This document shows positions 26,306 through 36,636 of a stretch of 64,000 nucleotides of DNA, one piece after another. Made by a program: the position numbers and the translations under genes. The stretch comes from an uncultured delta proteobacterium. GTDB taxonomy: Bacteria > Myxococcota_A > Polyangia > Polyangiales > Polyangiaceae. Location of the stretch: the NCBI GenBank assembly GCA_963841435.1, contig CAWJCS010000005.1, forward strand, positions 1,248,001 to 1,312,000, in the 5' to 3' direction. Under the pieces are notes generated by a model. That model was not told the DNA's origin and ran no database searches. It saw only the letters and a program-made list of their open reading frames with translations. Each line of letters starts with the position of its first letter. Position 1 is the stretch's first letter.

Positions 26306-27871
26306 ATGAAGATTGGAGTGCCCAAGGAAATCAGGCCGGGCGAGCGCCGCGTCGCCGCCACGCCCGAGAGCGTGAGCCGCCTCATCAAGCTGGGCTTCGA
26401 GGTCTCGCTCGAGAAGGGGGCGGGAGCGGGCGCCGCATTCGCCGACGCCGACTTCGTCAAGGCCGGCGCGACCATCGTCGAGAGCGCGAGCGCGCTCTGG
26501 TCGACCGCCGACATCGTGCTCAAGGTCCAACCGCCCGAGCAGCATCCCGGCCTCGGGCACGAGGCGGACCTCTTACGCGAAGGCGCCGTGCTCGTCAGCT
26601 TCTTGTGGCCCGCGCAGAATGCCGATCTCATCGAACGGCTCAAGAAGCGCAAGGCCACCGTGCTCGCCATGGATCAGGTGCCGCGCATCACGCGCGCCCA
26701 GAAGATGGACGCGCTGAGCTCGATGGCGAACATCGCGGGGTACCGCGCCGTCATCGAGGCCGCGAGCTTCTACGGTCGCTTTTTTACCGGGCAGATGACG
26801 GCCGCCGGCAAGGTACCCCCGGCGAAGGTGCTCGTCATCGGCGCGGGCGTCGCGGGCCTCGCGGCCATCGGCGCGGCCCGCGGCCTCGGCGCAATCGTGC
26901 GCGCCTTCGACACTCGCGCCGAGGTGCGCGAGCAGGTGCAGAGCATGGGCGCCGACTTCCTCGAGGTGTCCGTCGCCGAGGAGGGCTCCGGAGTCGGTGG
27001 CTACGCCAAGGAGATGAGCCCCGCGTTCATCGCGGCCGAGATGGCGCTCTTCCTCGAGCAGGCCAAAGAGGTCGATATCATCATCACGACGGCGCTCGTG
27101 CCAGGCAAGGCCGCGCCCACCCTCATCACGGAGGACATGGTGCAGGCCATGCGCCGCGGGTCGGTGATCGTCGATCTCGGCGCCGAGCAGGGCGGCAACT
27201 GCGCGCTCACGCGGCCGGGCGAGGTCGTGGTGCGCAACGGCGTCACCATCGTCGGCTACGTGGACTTGCCGAGTCGGCTCGCGCCCACGGCGAGCCAGCT
27301 TTACAGCTCGAATCTGACGTACCTGCTCGCCGACATGGGCGGCGCCAAGAGCTTCCACGTCGATCTCGAGGATAGCGTCGTGCGCGGCGCGCTCGTCCTG
27401 CGTGACGGCGAGCTCATGTGGCCGCCCCCTCGGCCCCCCGCGCCGCCCCCCAGGCCGGCGCTCGAAGCGAAACGCCTCTCCGCGCCTCCTCCGATCGCCA
27501 CCAAGGCGGGCGCCCATGGCAGCGCCCAGCGCGGTGGCTCCGTCGGCGTGCTGCTCGCGGCGCTCACGGCACTTCTGCTCGCGGGCTCCTTCGCCCCGCG
27601 TGAGTTCGTCGAGCATCTCACGGTGTTCGTGCTCGCGTGCTTCATCGGCTGGCAGGTGATCTGGAACGTGACCCCGGCGCTCCATACGCCGCTCATGAGC
27701 GTCACGAACGCCATCAGCGGCATCATCGTCGTCGGCGGCATGCTCCAGCTTTCGGGCGACCTCTCGTCCCCGGTCACGGCGCTCGGCGCGCTCGCCGTGC
27801 TCGTCGCCACCATCAACATCACGGGCGGATTCCTCGTCACTCAGCGCATGCTGCGCATGTTCCGGAGGTGA
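26306..27871 (+). CDS. pntA: NAD(P) transhydrogenase subunit alpha
   Basis: [69 protein letters not shown]. Confidence 0.98.
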   Translation: MKIGVPKEIRPGERRVAATPESVSRLIKLGFEVSLEKGAGAGAAFADADFVKAGATIVESASALWSTADIVLKVQPPEQHPGLGHEADLLREGAVLVSFLWPAQNADLIERLKKRKATVLAMDQVPRITRAQKMDALSSMANIAGYRAVIEAASFYGRFFTGQMTAAGKVPPAKVLVIGAGVAGLAAIGAARGLGAIVRAFDTRAEVREQVQSMGADFLEVSVAEEGSGVGGYAKEMSPAFIAAEMALFLEQAKEVDIIITTALVPGKAAPTLITEDMVQAMRRGSVIVDLGAEQGGNCALTRPGEVVVRNGVTIVGYVDLPSRLAPTASQLYSSNLTYLLADMGGAKSFHVDLEDSVVRGALVLRDGELMWPPPRPPAPPPRPALEAKRLSAPPPIATKAGAHGSAQRGGSVGVLLAALTALLLAGSFAPREFVEHLTVFVLACFIGWQVIWNVTPALHTPLMSVTNAISGIIVVGGMLQLSGDLSSPVTALGALAVLVATINITGGFLVTQRMLRMFRR

Positions 27872-29298
27872 TGAGCGACATGTCGCAGAGCTTCGTCACC
27901 GTCGCGTATCTGATCGCCGCCGTGCTCTTCATCCTGAGCCTCGGCGGCCTCAGCAACCAGGAAACGGCGCGTCGCGGCAACGTCTACGGCATCGTCGGGA
28001 TGCTGATCGCCGTGCTCGTGACCGCCGCGAGCCACCTCTCCGGGCTCGGCGCGCTCGCGGGCGCCGTTCTGTGCGGCGGGCTCATCGGCGCGGTGCTGGC
28101 GGCGCGCGTTGCCATGACGAGCATGCCCGAGCTCGTCGCCATCCTGCACAGCTTCGTGGGGCTCGCCGCCGTGCTCGTCGGCGTCGCGAGCTACCTCGGC
28201 ACGCCGGTCGAAGCCGGCTCTGCCGAGGCGCTCATCCACGAGATCGAGGTGTTCGTCGGTGTGTTCGTCGGCGCCGTCACCTTCACGGGGTCGATCATCG
28301 CGTTCGGCAAGCTGCGCGGCATCATCGGCAGCCGCCCCCTGTTGCTGCCCGGTCGGCACTTGCTCAACGCCGTCGCGTTCCTCGGTTGCGTGGGGCTCGC
28401 GATCCCGTTTCTCTCGGCAGCGCCTGGCGCCGACCTGCGCTCGCTCGTCGAGCTGGCGGCGATCGCCGGGCTCCTCGGCATCCACCTCGTGATGGCAATC
28501 GGCGGCGCCGACATGCCGGTCGTCGTGTCGATGTTGAACAGCTACTCGGGCTGGGCGGCCTCGGCGGCGGGGTTCATGCTCGGTAACGACCTCCTGATCG
28601 TCACGGGCGCGCTCGTCGGTTCGAGCGGCGCCATCCTGAGCATCATCATGTGCCGCGCCATGAACCGCTCGTTCCTGAGCGTGATCCTCGGCGGATTCGG
28701 CGCCGACGAGGGCGCGGCCCCCGCGAAGCGCGGTGACCAACCGGCGGGCGAAGTCGTCCCGATCACCGCCCCCGAGACGGCTGCGCTGCTCCTGCGGGCG
28801 AAGAGCGTCATCGTCGTACCGGGCTACGGCATGGCAGTCGCCCACGCTCAGTACCCCGTCTACGAGATTGCGACCCTGCTCAAGGGCCGCAACACGCCGG
28901 TGCGCTTCGCGATTCACCCGGTCGCGGGTCGCCTGCCGGGCCACATGAACGTGCTGCTCGCCGAGGCGAAGGTGCCCTACGACATCGTGCTCGAGATGGA
29001 AGCCATCAACGAGGACTTCCCCGAGACGGACGTCGTGCTCGTCATCGGCGCGAACGACATCGTGAACCCCGGCGCGCTCGACGACACGACGAGCCCCATC
29101 TACGGCATGCCTGTGCTCGAGGTGTGGAAGGCGAAGACCGTCATCGTCATGAAGCGCAGCATGGCGAGCGGCTACGCGGGCGTCGAGAACCCACTCTTTT
29201 TCCTCGAGAACACCCGGATGCTGTTCGGCGACGCCAAAAAGAACGTCGACGCCATCCTGACCGAGCTGCGCCAGGCTGGCGCAGCCGCGGCCGAGTAG
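27871..29298 (+). CDS. pntB: NAD(P) transhydrogenase subunit beta
   Basis: TGATG coupling to pnt[64 protein letters not shown]. Confidence 0.98.
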   Translation: MSDMSQSFVTVAYLIAAVLFILSLGGLSNQETARRGNVYGIVGMLIAVLVTAASHLSGLGALAGAVLCGGLIGAVLAARVAMTSMPELVAILHSFVGLAAVLVGVASYLGTPVEAGSAEALIHEIEVFVGVFVGAVTFTGSIIAFGKLRGIIGSRPLLLPGRHLLNAVAFLGCVGLAIPFLSAAPGADLRSLVELAAIAGLLGIHLVMAIGGADMPVVVSMLNSYSGWAASAAGFMLGNDLLIVTGALVGSSGAILSIIMCRAMNRSFLSVILGGFGADEGAAPAKRGDQPAGEVVPITAPETAALLLRAKSVIVVPGYGMAVAHAQYPVYEIATLLKGRNTPVRFAIHPVAGRLPGHMNVLLAEAKVPYDIVLEMEAINEDFPETDVVLVIGANDIVNPGALDDTTSPIYGMPVLEVWKAKTVIVMKRSMASGYAGVENPLFFLENTRMLFGDAKKNVDAILTELRQAGAAAAE

Positions 29299-29359
29299 TT
29301 AGCCGCGCCGCGCCCGAGCGAGACAGCCTGCGCTCGGCGCGCACGGTCGCGCGAGCTCG

Positions 29360-29482
29360 TCAGCGGGTCTCGATGGAGTGCGGCCGGGTCCCCCAGGTGG
29401 CAAGTGCCACCGTGGAGACGACGACCACTCCGAGCAAGAAGCCAACCAGAGCGTCGCGAGCGAGAGTCTTCGCGTTGGTCAC
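29360..29482 (-). CDS. Possible small single-TM protein (about 40 aa)
   Basis: VTNAKTLARDALVGFLLGVVVVSTVALATWGTRPHSIETR*; one clean hydrophobic helix; no homology recognised. Confidence 0.4.
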   Translation of the reverse strand: MTNAKTLARDALVGFLLGVVVVSTVALATWGTRPHSIETR

Positions 29483-29638
29483 GGTCCGGGGGCTAAGCAA
29501 CGACCGTGCCCGGCCCTTGCCCCACCGATCAGCGCGTTCTCGGGCCACTTGGTTGCCAGGCTGTGCCAGCGACACGCCCCGGGGGTGGCAATGGAGTCAC
29601 CGTCGCCCGCTCGGGACGGCGGGGTCTGGGGACGACGG

Positions 29639-29720
29639 GTGGACGACAGGTGGACGGGGCTGTGGGAAATGGGGCGGGTCCTGTGGCTCGGCGGGGGGCG
29701 TCCTGTGGGAGTCCTGTGGA
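29639..29720. repeat. Helically phased (C/T)GTGG(A/G) direct repeats in the intergenic region upstream of ppx
   Basis: GTGG cores at 29639, 29650, 29662, 29683, 29705 and 29716 (spacings 11, 12, 21, 22, 11); three copies of TCCTGTGG. Confidence 0.55.
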
Positions 29721-29758
29721 CTTTTTTGCGAAGTCGTCACGGTCCGGTCCCGGGGCCG

Positions 29759-30724
29759 ATGCCCTTCAGATGCAATCTTCAGGGGTTGCACGTCGCATCG
29801 CTCGACCTCGGCTCGAACTCGTTCCACCTGCTCGTCGGCCGGAGGGGGTGGGATGGTCGCATCGAAAAGGTGGGCTCGAAGAAGGCGACGCGGAGGCTGG
29901 GGGCATCGGTCGCCGAGTACGGCCTCATCCCGCCGGGACCCTTCGAGCAGGCGCTCGGCACGCTCTCGGAGATGGCGGCGCTCGCGAGAACCTACCGCGC
30001 CCATCGCTTCGCCGCCGTCGGCACGAGCGCGCTCCGGGACGCGACGAACGGCGACGACTTCGTGCACGAGGCGCTCACCCGGCATGGTGTGCGCGTGGAG
30101 ATCCTCTCGGGTGAGGACGAGGGGCGCTTCGCCTACGAGGGCGCGCGTCACCAGCTCGCCGAGCTTCCCCACCGCGTCGCCGTGCTCGATCTCGGCGGCA
30201 GCTCGCTCGAGGTCGCGATCGGCGACGGTCGGAGCTGCTTCTTCGTCGAGAGCCTGCCGCTCGGATTCTTGCGCCTCATGCGAAAGCTCGAGGCTCCCGG
30301 ACCGATCGACCGTCGGCTCGCTCGCAAGGTGAGCGAGCACGTGCGTTCGTGCCTCGCGCCGATCGTCGAGCGCGTCCGCGGATTCGCCCCGCAAGCTTGG
30401 CTCCTCAGCGGCGGCACGGCGCGAGGATTGCGCGCGCTCAACGTCGAGCGCGATGGCGTGGCGAGCACGAGCACGCTCGTCTCTCTCGCGAACGAGCTCT
30501 CTCCGCTGCCGTCTGCGAGACTCGAGTCGACGGGTGTCGATGCGGGACGGGCGCCGACAATCGGTCTCGGGTTGCTCGTCTACGCCCAGGCCCTGGATTT
30601 CTTCGGCGTGGATGAAATCTCGATCTCGCCGGGGGGTCTTCGCGAGGGCATCGTGCTCCGAGAGCTTCGCGCATCGCGGAAATCGGGCAATCGTCCGGGC
30701 GCAGCCTGGACGCGGCCCGCCTAG
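29759..30724 (+). CDS. ppx: Ppx/GppA family exopolyphosphatase (short form, no HD domain; start uncertain)
   Basis: ASLDLGSNSFHL, AVGTSALRDATN, ILSGEDEGR, LDLGGSSLE, SGGT, GLREG. Confidence 0.88.
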   Translation: MPFRCNLQGLHVASLDLGSNSFHLLVGRRGWDGRIEKVGSKKATRRLGASVAEYGLIPPGPFEQALGTLSEMAALARTYRAHRFAAVGTSALRDATNGDDFVHEALTRHGVRVEILSGEDEGRFAYEGARHQLAELPHRVAVLDLGGSSLEVAIGDGRSCFFVESLPLGFLRLMRKLEAPGPIDRRLARKVSEHVRSCLAPIVERVRGFAPQAWLLSGGTARGLRALNVERDGVASTSTLVSLANELSPLPSARLESTGVDAGRAPTIGLGLLVYAQALDFFGVDEISISPGGLREGIVLRELRASRKSGNRPGAAWTRPA

Positions 30725-30805
30725 GGCACGTCCTCTAGCTCACGACCGCTCGTGCGGGCGGAGCGTCCGTGAGCGACGAGAAAGCCGAGGCGACACTTGA
30801 GAAGC

Positions 30806-31633
30806 ATGAAAAGGATCAGCGCTCTCGCGCTCGTGGTCGGACTCGTGGGTGCCTGTCAGGTCAACACGGGAGAAGAACCGGGCACGGGCGTTCCGGGCGG
30901 AAGCGGCGGCGCCGGGGGCGGGGCCGGCACCGCCGGGACGCCGCCAGCGACCGGCGGCAGCTCGGGCAGCGCCGGAGCTGCGACGGGCGGAGGAGGAGCC
31001 GGTGGCTCTGCGGGCTCGGTCGCGGGCGGGGCGGGCCGCGGTGGCATGGCGGGGACGGGCGCAGGCGGCATGACGAGCGGCGGCAGGGCCGGCAGCGGGA
31101 GCTCGGGGGCCGGGATGTCGGCGGGCGGGACGGCGGCCGGGGGCTCGGGCGGTGCCGCGGCGGGCAGCGCCGGAACGAGCAGCTGCGCGGGCGACATCCG
31201 CTGCCAGCTCGATCCCCTGCCGAGCACGGGCGATGTTTACCAAGACTGCGTCAACCGCATCAATCAGTTCCGCGCGGAGTGTGCCTGCTTGCCCCCGCTC
31301 GAACGCTGGACCGACGGCGAAGCATGCGCCGATCAGATGGCGGAATACGACAGCATGCAGGCCTCGGCGCACGCCGGCTTCATCGACGGTATCTGCAGCG
31401 GGGGCTCCGCGCAGAACGAATGTCCCGGGTGGCGCAGCGAGGCGCAGGTCGTCGAAGGCTGCCTGCAATCGATGTGGGACGAAGGTCCGCCCCCCACCTC
31501 GACCTGCAACGGCGCCTGCTTTCAGATGTACGGCCACTTCATCAACATGACCGATACCCGGTACACGAAAGTGGCGTGCGGCTTCTATACTGCGGGCAAC
31601 GAAGTCTGGGCCGTTCAGAACTTCTCGCGCTGA
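30806..31633 (+). CDS. Lipoprotein with Gly-rich linker and CAP/SCP-like domain
   Basis: Lipobox LVGAC; CVNRINQFRA, AQNEC, MWDEG, GHFINM..YTKVACG..WAVQNF. Confidence 0.85.
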   Translation: MKRISALALVVGLVGACQVNTGEEPGTGVPGGSGGAGGGAGTAGTPPATGGSSGSAGAATGGGGAGGSAGSVAGGAGRGGMAGTGAGGMTSGGRAGSGSSGAGMSAGGTAAGGSGGAAAGSAGTSSCAGDIRCQLDPLPSTGDVYQDCVNRINQFRAECACLPPLERWTDGEACADQMAEYDSMQASAHAGFIDGICSGGSAQNECPGWRSEAQVVEGCLQSMWDEGPPPTSTCNGACFQMYGHFINMTDTRYTKVACGFYTAGNEVWAVQNFSR

Positions 31634-31729
31634 CGGCGATGCTCGCCCTCGGCTTTTCCCACCGTGCGCCGCCGAACAGCGCGTCCTCGTTTCGGAAGGC
31701 GTCGTCGAAACCCGAAGGACCAGCGCGCC

Positions 31730-32179
31730 CTATCCGGCCGGCTTGAGCGCAGCCATGCGCTTCTTCATTTCCTTCGGCGTGACGTCCTCGACGTGCGTCG
31801 CGATCGACCAGCGATTGCCGAATGGATCCTCGATGCGCCCGAAGCGATCGCCCCAGAACTGGTTTTCCACCGGCATGAGCACGGTGGCGCCGGCCTTCAC
31901 TGCCTTCTTGAACGTCTTGTCAACCTTCTCCACGTACAGAAACAGATTCGTGGGTCGCGCGGGCTCACGCACCGAATCCGAAAGAATCAAGAGCGAGTCC
32001 CCGACCTGGAGCTCCGCGTGCATCACCTTGCCGTCGTGACCTTCGGCGATCCCGCCGCGGAGCGATGCGCCGAAGGCTTTCTTGCAGAACGCCACGAACG
32101 CGCGAGCGTCCGGCAGGTTCAGTGACGGGGTAACTGATCGATAGCCTTTGGGGATCGGACGGACCTTCTTCTTTGCCAT
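31730..32179 (-). CDS. VOC/glyoxalase family (PhnB-like) protein
   Basis: IPKGYRSVTP, KVMHAELQVGDS, QFWGDRFGRIEDPFGNRWSIATH. Confidence 0.92.
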   Translation of the reverse strand: MAKKKVRPIPKGYRSVTPSLNLPDARAFVAFCKKAFGASLRGGIAEGHDGKVMHAELQVGDSLLILSDSVREPARPTNLFLYVEKVDKTFKKAVKAGATVLMPVENQFWGDRFGRIEDPFGNRWSIATHVEDVTPKEMKKRMAALKPAG

Positions 32180-32367
32180 GTGCTTTTGGTCTCCTCGGGG
32201 CAGGGCTCGACCTCATACAGCGAATTCGCCGCCGCTGCATCTCCCCACGATTGTCACACAATCGTCATGAACTCCGCGACGGAACGTGCTTCGGCTGGCG
32301 CGGGGCACCTCGGTGAACGACCCGGGCGACGCCCCACCACGCCCGGTGATAAAGGTTGAGCGCGGCG

Positions 32368-34044
32368 ATGCCCGAATTCATCTTCACCATGCAGGACGTG
32401 ACGCGCGTCCACCCACCGGACAAGCGCGTTCTGGAAAACATCACGCTCGCCTTCTTCTTCGGAGCGAAGATCGGGGTCATCGGGACCAACGGCTCCGGCA
32501 AGAGCTCGCTCTTGCGCATCATGGCCGGGATCGACAAGGAGTTCTTGGGCGAGGCGCGCCCCGCCGAGGGCATTCGCATCGGCTACTTCGCCCAGGAGCC
32601 CGAGCTCGGCAGTGCCCTCACGGTGCGCGAGGCCGTGGACGAAGCGGTGAGCGACATCCGAGGGCTCGTCAAGGAGTTCGAAGACGTCAGCATGAAGCTC
32701 GGCGAGCCGATGTCCGACGACGCGATGCAGAAGCTGCTCGACCGGCAGGCCGCGCTCCAGGACAAGATCGACGCCATCGACGCCTGGACACTCGACTCAC
32801 GTGTCGACATCGCGATGGAAGCGCTGCGTTGCCCGCCCGGCGACGCGAAGCTCGCGGATCTATCGGGCGGCGAGCGGCGGCGCGTCGCGCTCTGCCGCGT
32901 GCTCTTGAGCCGCCCCGACATCCTGCTGCTCGACGAGCCGACGAACCACCTCGACGCCGAGTCGGTCGCGTGGCTCGAGCGCTTCCTCCACGAATACACG
33001 GGCACCGTCGTGGCGGTGACGCACGACCGCTACTTTCTCGACAACGCCGCCGAGTGGATCTTGGAGCTCGATCGCGGACGCGGCCTTCCGTTCAAGGGCA
33101 ACTACTCGTCCTGGCTCGACCAGAAGCAGAAGCGCCTCGCCCAGGAGGAGAAACAGGAAAGCGCCCGCCAGCGCAAGCTCAAGCAAGAGCTCGAGTGGGT
33201 CCAGGCCTCGCCACGCGCGCGGCAGGCGAAGAGCAAGGCGCGCCTCGACGCGTACGAGGAGCTCTTGAAGAATGCCAACAAGGGACCGAGCGACCCGACC
33301 GAGATCGGCATCCCGCCCGGCCCTCGCCTCGGCGACCTCGTCATCGAGGCGGATCATCTGCAGAAGGGCTTCGGCGATCGGCTCCTCATCGACGACCTGT
33401 CGTTCCGCCTTCCGCGCAGCGGCATCGTCGGCGTCATCGGCGCGAACGGCGCCGGCAAGACGACGCTCTTTCGCATGCTCGTGGGGGAGCAGCAGCCGGA
33501 CGGAGGCGCCCTGCGCATCGGCGACACCGTGAAGGTCGCGTACGTCGACCAGTCGCGCGCCTCGCTCGAGGGCAACCACAACGTGTGGGAAGAAATCTCG
33601 GGCGGCGAAGAGAAGCTCGCGCTCGGCAAGCGCGAGGTGGCATCGCGGGCGTACTGTTCCTGGTTCGGCTTTCGCGGCAGCGACCAGCAGAAGAAGGTGG
33701 GAAGCCTCTCGGGCGGTGAGCGCAATCGCGTGCAGCTCGCCAAGCTCCTCAAGGAAGGCGGCAACTTGCTCTTGCTCGACGAGCCGACGAACGATCTCAA
33801 CGTCGACACGCTGAGGGCCCTCGAGCAGGCGCTGCTGGACTTTCCGGGCTGCGCCGTGATCATCACCCACGACCGCTGGTTCCTCGATCGCATCGCGACG
33901 CACATCCTCGCCTTCGAGGGCGACAGCCACGTGGAATGGTTCGAGGGCAACTACCGGGCCTACGAGGAGGACCGGCGCCGCCGCTTCGGCGAGGACGCCG
34001 ACCAGCCACACCGCATCAAGTACAAGAAGCTCAGGCTCGGCTGA
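32368..34044 (+). CDS. ettA: Energy-dependent translational throttle ABC-F protein EttA
   Basis: FIFTMQDV..FFFGAKIGVIGTNGSGKSSLLRIMAGIDKEF, two ABC domains, GNYSSWLDQK, PHRIKYKKL end. Confidence 0.96.
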   Translation: MPEFIFTMQDVTRVHPPDKRVLENITLAFFFGAKIGVIGTNGSGKSSLLRIMAGIDKEFLGEARPAEGIRIGYFAQEPELGSALTVREAVDEAVSDIRGLVKEFEDVSMKLGEPMSDDAMQKLLDRQAALQDKIDAIDAWTLDSRVDIAMEALRCPPGDAKLADLSGGERRRVALCRVLLSRPDILLLDEPTNHLDAESVAWLERFLHEYTGTVVAVTHDRYFLDNAAEWILELDRGRGLPFKGNYSSWLDQKQKRLAQEEKQESARQRKLKQELEWVQASPRARQAKSKARLDAYEELLKNANKGPSDPTEIGIPPGPRLGDLVIEADHLQKGFGDRLLIDDLSFRLPRSGIVGVIGANGAGKTTLFRMLVGEQQPDGGALRIGDTVKVAYVDQSRASLEGNHNVWEEISGGEEKLALGKREVASRAYCSWFGFRGSDQQKKVGSLSGGERNRVQLAKLLKEGGNLLLLDEPTNDLNVDTLRALEQALLDFPGCAVIITHDRWFLDRIATHILAFEGDSHVEWFEGNYRAYEEDRRRRFGEDADQPHRIKYKKLRLG

Positions 34045-35290
34045 CGGCGGCGCCAGAACGCTGTCGCGCCCTCGCGCCGAGCCACAGGCCGACCCAGAGC
34101 GGCACGAACAGGAACGACACGCGGTAGCCGTCCTGGTGAACGAGGGGCAAGAGCAGCGCCGCGAGGAGCGCCCCCGCGACGAGCACCCGCGAAAGCCGCT
34201 CGACGAAGCAGAGGCTCCGCGCGCGACCCAAAGCGCCGCGCAACGCCGGGACGAGGAGCACGAGCGCCCAGGGCGGCGAAAACAGGAGATTCACGTTGCC
34301 GTGCGTCGCGACGTGCACGTTCGTGACGAGCAAGAGAAGCAACCAAAGCCCGACGAGCCCCGTCACGAGCCCGAGCCCCGCCGTGAGCACACCGAACGCG
34401 GTCCGCGCGGCTCGCCCCTCGCGCCGCCCGAGAAAGAACGCAAGGCCACCGAGCCCGAACCCGACGAGCGCGAAGAACGGCCCGCGCACGGGGGCTCGTT
34501 CGCGCGGCGCGCGCTCGCCGAGAAAGAGCACGCCCTCGCGCGAGACCAAGCGGCCGCCGGGGACACCCGGCAGGCGGACGCCGCGCACCGCCGCCGCGAG
34601 CGTATCGGGCAGGTAGGCGTCGTCCCAGCCGCTCAGCGGGCGATCGGCGAGCCTGCCCAGACCGAGATCGAACGCCAGAAAATAGAGCGGATCGTCGGCC
34701 GTGAGGCGCAGCGCGTGGTCGCGAAACGTACGACCGGACTGCTCGGGAAGCGCCCGGCGGAGCGCCCCCCCGAGCGCGCGATCGAGCGCGTCGCGGACGC
34801 GCGTCGTGCAGTTGTCGTAGGCAAAATCGTAGCGATAGGCGGCGTTCTCGGGGCGCGCGTTGACCGCGAGCGCACGGACGAGCTCGGCCGCGCTCGCGGC
34901 AGGGAGCGCGAGGTGCTGGACGAGGATGGTCCGCCCTTCGCCGCGATACTGCGCGAGGGTGTGCGCGTACGATTCGACCCACAGAAAGTAGCGGAGGTGT
35001 CCGGACAGAATGCGCGGCACCGTGATCGAATCCTCCGTGTACATCCCGAAGTTGTAGACGAGCGGCGGGCTCCCCTCGCGCTCGACGAGCAGCGCGTCGT
35101 GGCCGAACATGCTGACGAGCGAGTCGCCCGGCCCCAGCGTAAGGAGCGAGATTTCGGGCTCGCCCGTGGCGGCGCGCGCCCGCGCGGGCACGAGCGCAAA
35201 AGCAAGCGTCACGAAGAGCGCCGCGAGCACCCGCACGGCTGCGGTGCCTCGCCGCGAGCGGGACGCGGTGCTAGCGAAAGGGCGACTCAA
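34031..35290 (-). CDS. DUF4105 / Lnb-like (lipoprotein N-acyltransferase-like) membrane protein
   Basis: ISLLTLGPG..FGHDALL..YNFGMY..YRYDFAYDNCTTRVRD, followed by several C-terminal TM helices. Confidence 0.85.
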   Translation of the reverse strand: MSRPFASTASRSRRGTAAVRVLAALFVTLAFALVPARARAATGEPEISLLTLGPGDSLVSMFGHDALLVEREGSPPLVYNFGMYTEDSITVPRILSGHLRYFLWVESYAHTLAQYRGEGRTILVQHLALPAASAAELVRALAVNARPENAAYRYDFAYDNCTTRVRDALDRALGGALRRALPEQSGRTFRDHALRLTADDPLYFLAFDLGLGRLADRPLSGWDDAYLPDTLAAAVRGVRLPGVPGGRLVSREGVLFLGERAPRERAPVRGPFFALVGFGLGGLAFFLGRREGRAARTAFGVLTAGLGLVTGLVGLWLLLLLVTNVHVATHGNVNLLFSPPWALVLLVPALRGALGRARSLCFVERLSRVLVAGALLAALLLPLVHQDGYRVSFLFVPLWVGLWLGARARQRSGAAVSRA

Positions 35291-35304
35291 CGTCTCTTGC
35301 TTTC

Positions 35305-36528
35305 ATGCAACATCCTCATTCGACCCCGATCGGCCGCGCCGGCGCCGGAGCCTACACCCGTGCGCGACACTGGCTCTCCATCGGGGCGCTCGTCGGGCTG
35401 GCTGGCCTTTCGGGGCTCACGAGCTGCGGCTCGCGCACGGGGCTCTTCACGCCCGATCCCTGCGAAGAGGAGGGTCGAGAGGAGCCCTGCCAGGGGATCT
35501 GCGGGAGCGGCGTGGTGCGCTGCGAGAACGGCTTCTGGTCGACATGCGTCGTGCCCGAGCAGCGCCGCCCGTGCAACAACGCGTGTGGCACGGGCATCCA
35601 GGCCTGCGTCGACGAAAGCTTTGGGCCCTGCGAGGTCGACCCGGTCACCGAGGAGTGCGACGGGCCCTGTGGCCACGGCTCGCGGACTTGCTCGAACGGC
35701 GCGTGGGAAAAATGCGAGGTCGCCCCGACGAGCATGCCGTGCAAGAACACCTGCGGCGAGGGCGCGCAGCGCTGCGAGGACGGCGTGTTCGGAAGCTGCG
35801 TGGTCAACCCCGTGGCCGTGCCCTGCGAGTCGGCGTGCGGCTCGGGCTTCGAGCGCTGCGAAGACGGCGCCTGGAAGCCCTGCGACGCGCCGCTGCCGAA
35901 CCCACCACGGCTCGAGACGACGGTGCGCGATTTTCACATTTCGCATCCCGACTTCGAGATGGCGACGGGGGCGGGCTCGGAGAAAGGCATCGTTTTCGAC
36001 GACCTCGGGCCGGACGACAAGCCCGTCTATCGGGGCGGTGACAGGGTCGTCCATTCGACGACGAGCAAGGAGAGCTTCGATCAGTGGTACCGCGACGTGC
36101 CGGGCGTCAACTGGCCGACGAGCATCCCCCTGCAGCTCGAGCCGTTGCCGGGCAGGCCGGGTTTTTTCCGCTACACCAACAACCGCTTCTTCCCGATCGA
36201 CGACCAGCTTTTCGGCAACGAGGGTCTGCCGCACAACTACCACTTCACGCTCGAAGCCCACGCCACGTTCAAGTACGTCGGCGGCGAAGTCTTCAGCTTC
36301 ACGGGCGACGACGACATGTGGGTGTTCATCAATCGCCGCCTCGCCATCGACCTCGGCGGCCTGCACCAGCCGCTGTCGGCGACAGTCTCGCTCGACGGGC
36401 TGCAAGGTTCGCACGACATCACGCCCGGCGGCGTGTACCCACTCGACTTCTTCTTCGCCGAGCGCCACACCATCGAGTCGAACTTCACGATCGAAACCTC
36501 GATCGCCGATCAGGGCTCCTGTCCGTAA
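35305..36528 (+). CDS. Fibro-slime/PA14 domain lipoprotein with five Cys-rich repeats
   Basis: Lipobox LTSC; VRDF..HPDFE, FDQWYRD, FFPIDD, HNYHFT, FTGDDDMWVFIN..LAIDLGGLH, FFAERH..SNF. Confidence 0.92.
   Translation: MQHPHSTPIGRAGAGAYTRARHWLSIGALVGLAGLSGLTSCGSRTGLFTPDPCEEEGREEPCQGICGSGVVRCENGFWSTCVVPEQRRPCNNACGTGIQACVDESFGPCEVDPVTEECDGPCGHGSRTCSNGAWEKCEVAPTSMPCKNTCGEGAQRCEDGVFGSCVVNPVAVPCESACGSGFERCEDGAWKPCDAPLPNPPRLETTVRDFHISHPDFEMATGAGSEKGIVFDDLGPDDKPVYRGGDRVVHSTTSKESFDQWYRDVPGVNWPTSIPLQLEPLPGRPGFFRYTNNRFFPIDDQLFGNEGLPHNYHFTLEAHATFKYVGGEVFSFTGDDDMWVFINRRLAIDLGGLHQPLSATVSLDGLQGSHDITPGGVYPLDFFFAERHTIESNFTIETSIADQGSCP
35488..35883 (+). repeat. Five intragenic 28-aa Cys-rich repeats C-x3-CG-x-G-x3-C-x4-[WF]-x2-C
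   Basis: CQGICGSGVVRCENGFWSTC, CNNACGTGIQACVDESFGPC, CDGPCGHGSRTCSNGAWEKC, CKNTCGEGAQRCEDGVFGSC, CESACGSGFERCEDGAWKPC. Confidence 0.9.
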
Positions 36529-36636
36529 GCGGGCGGGATTGGGGGTGTCGGCGACCGCCGTGCAACGGCGCGCGCGACGAAGGGCGCCGCCTTTTCCACT
36601 TCGCGAAGCGGCACCGAGCGCGCTGGGTGTGCACGA

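Noticed and set aside
29378-29758. N-terminal extension of the Ppx ORF
   Set aside because: Trp/Gly-rich and not protein-like; it coincides with the phased repeat region, and the Ppx fold starts at about 29786.
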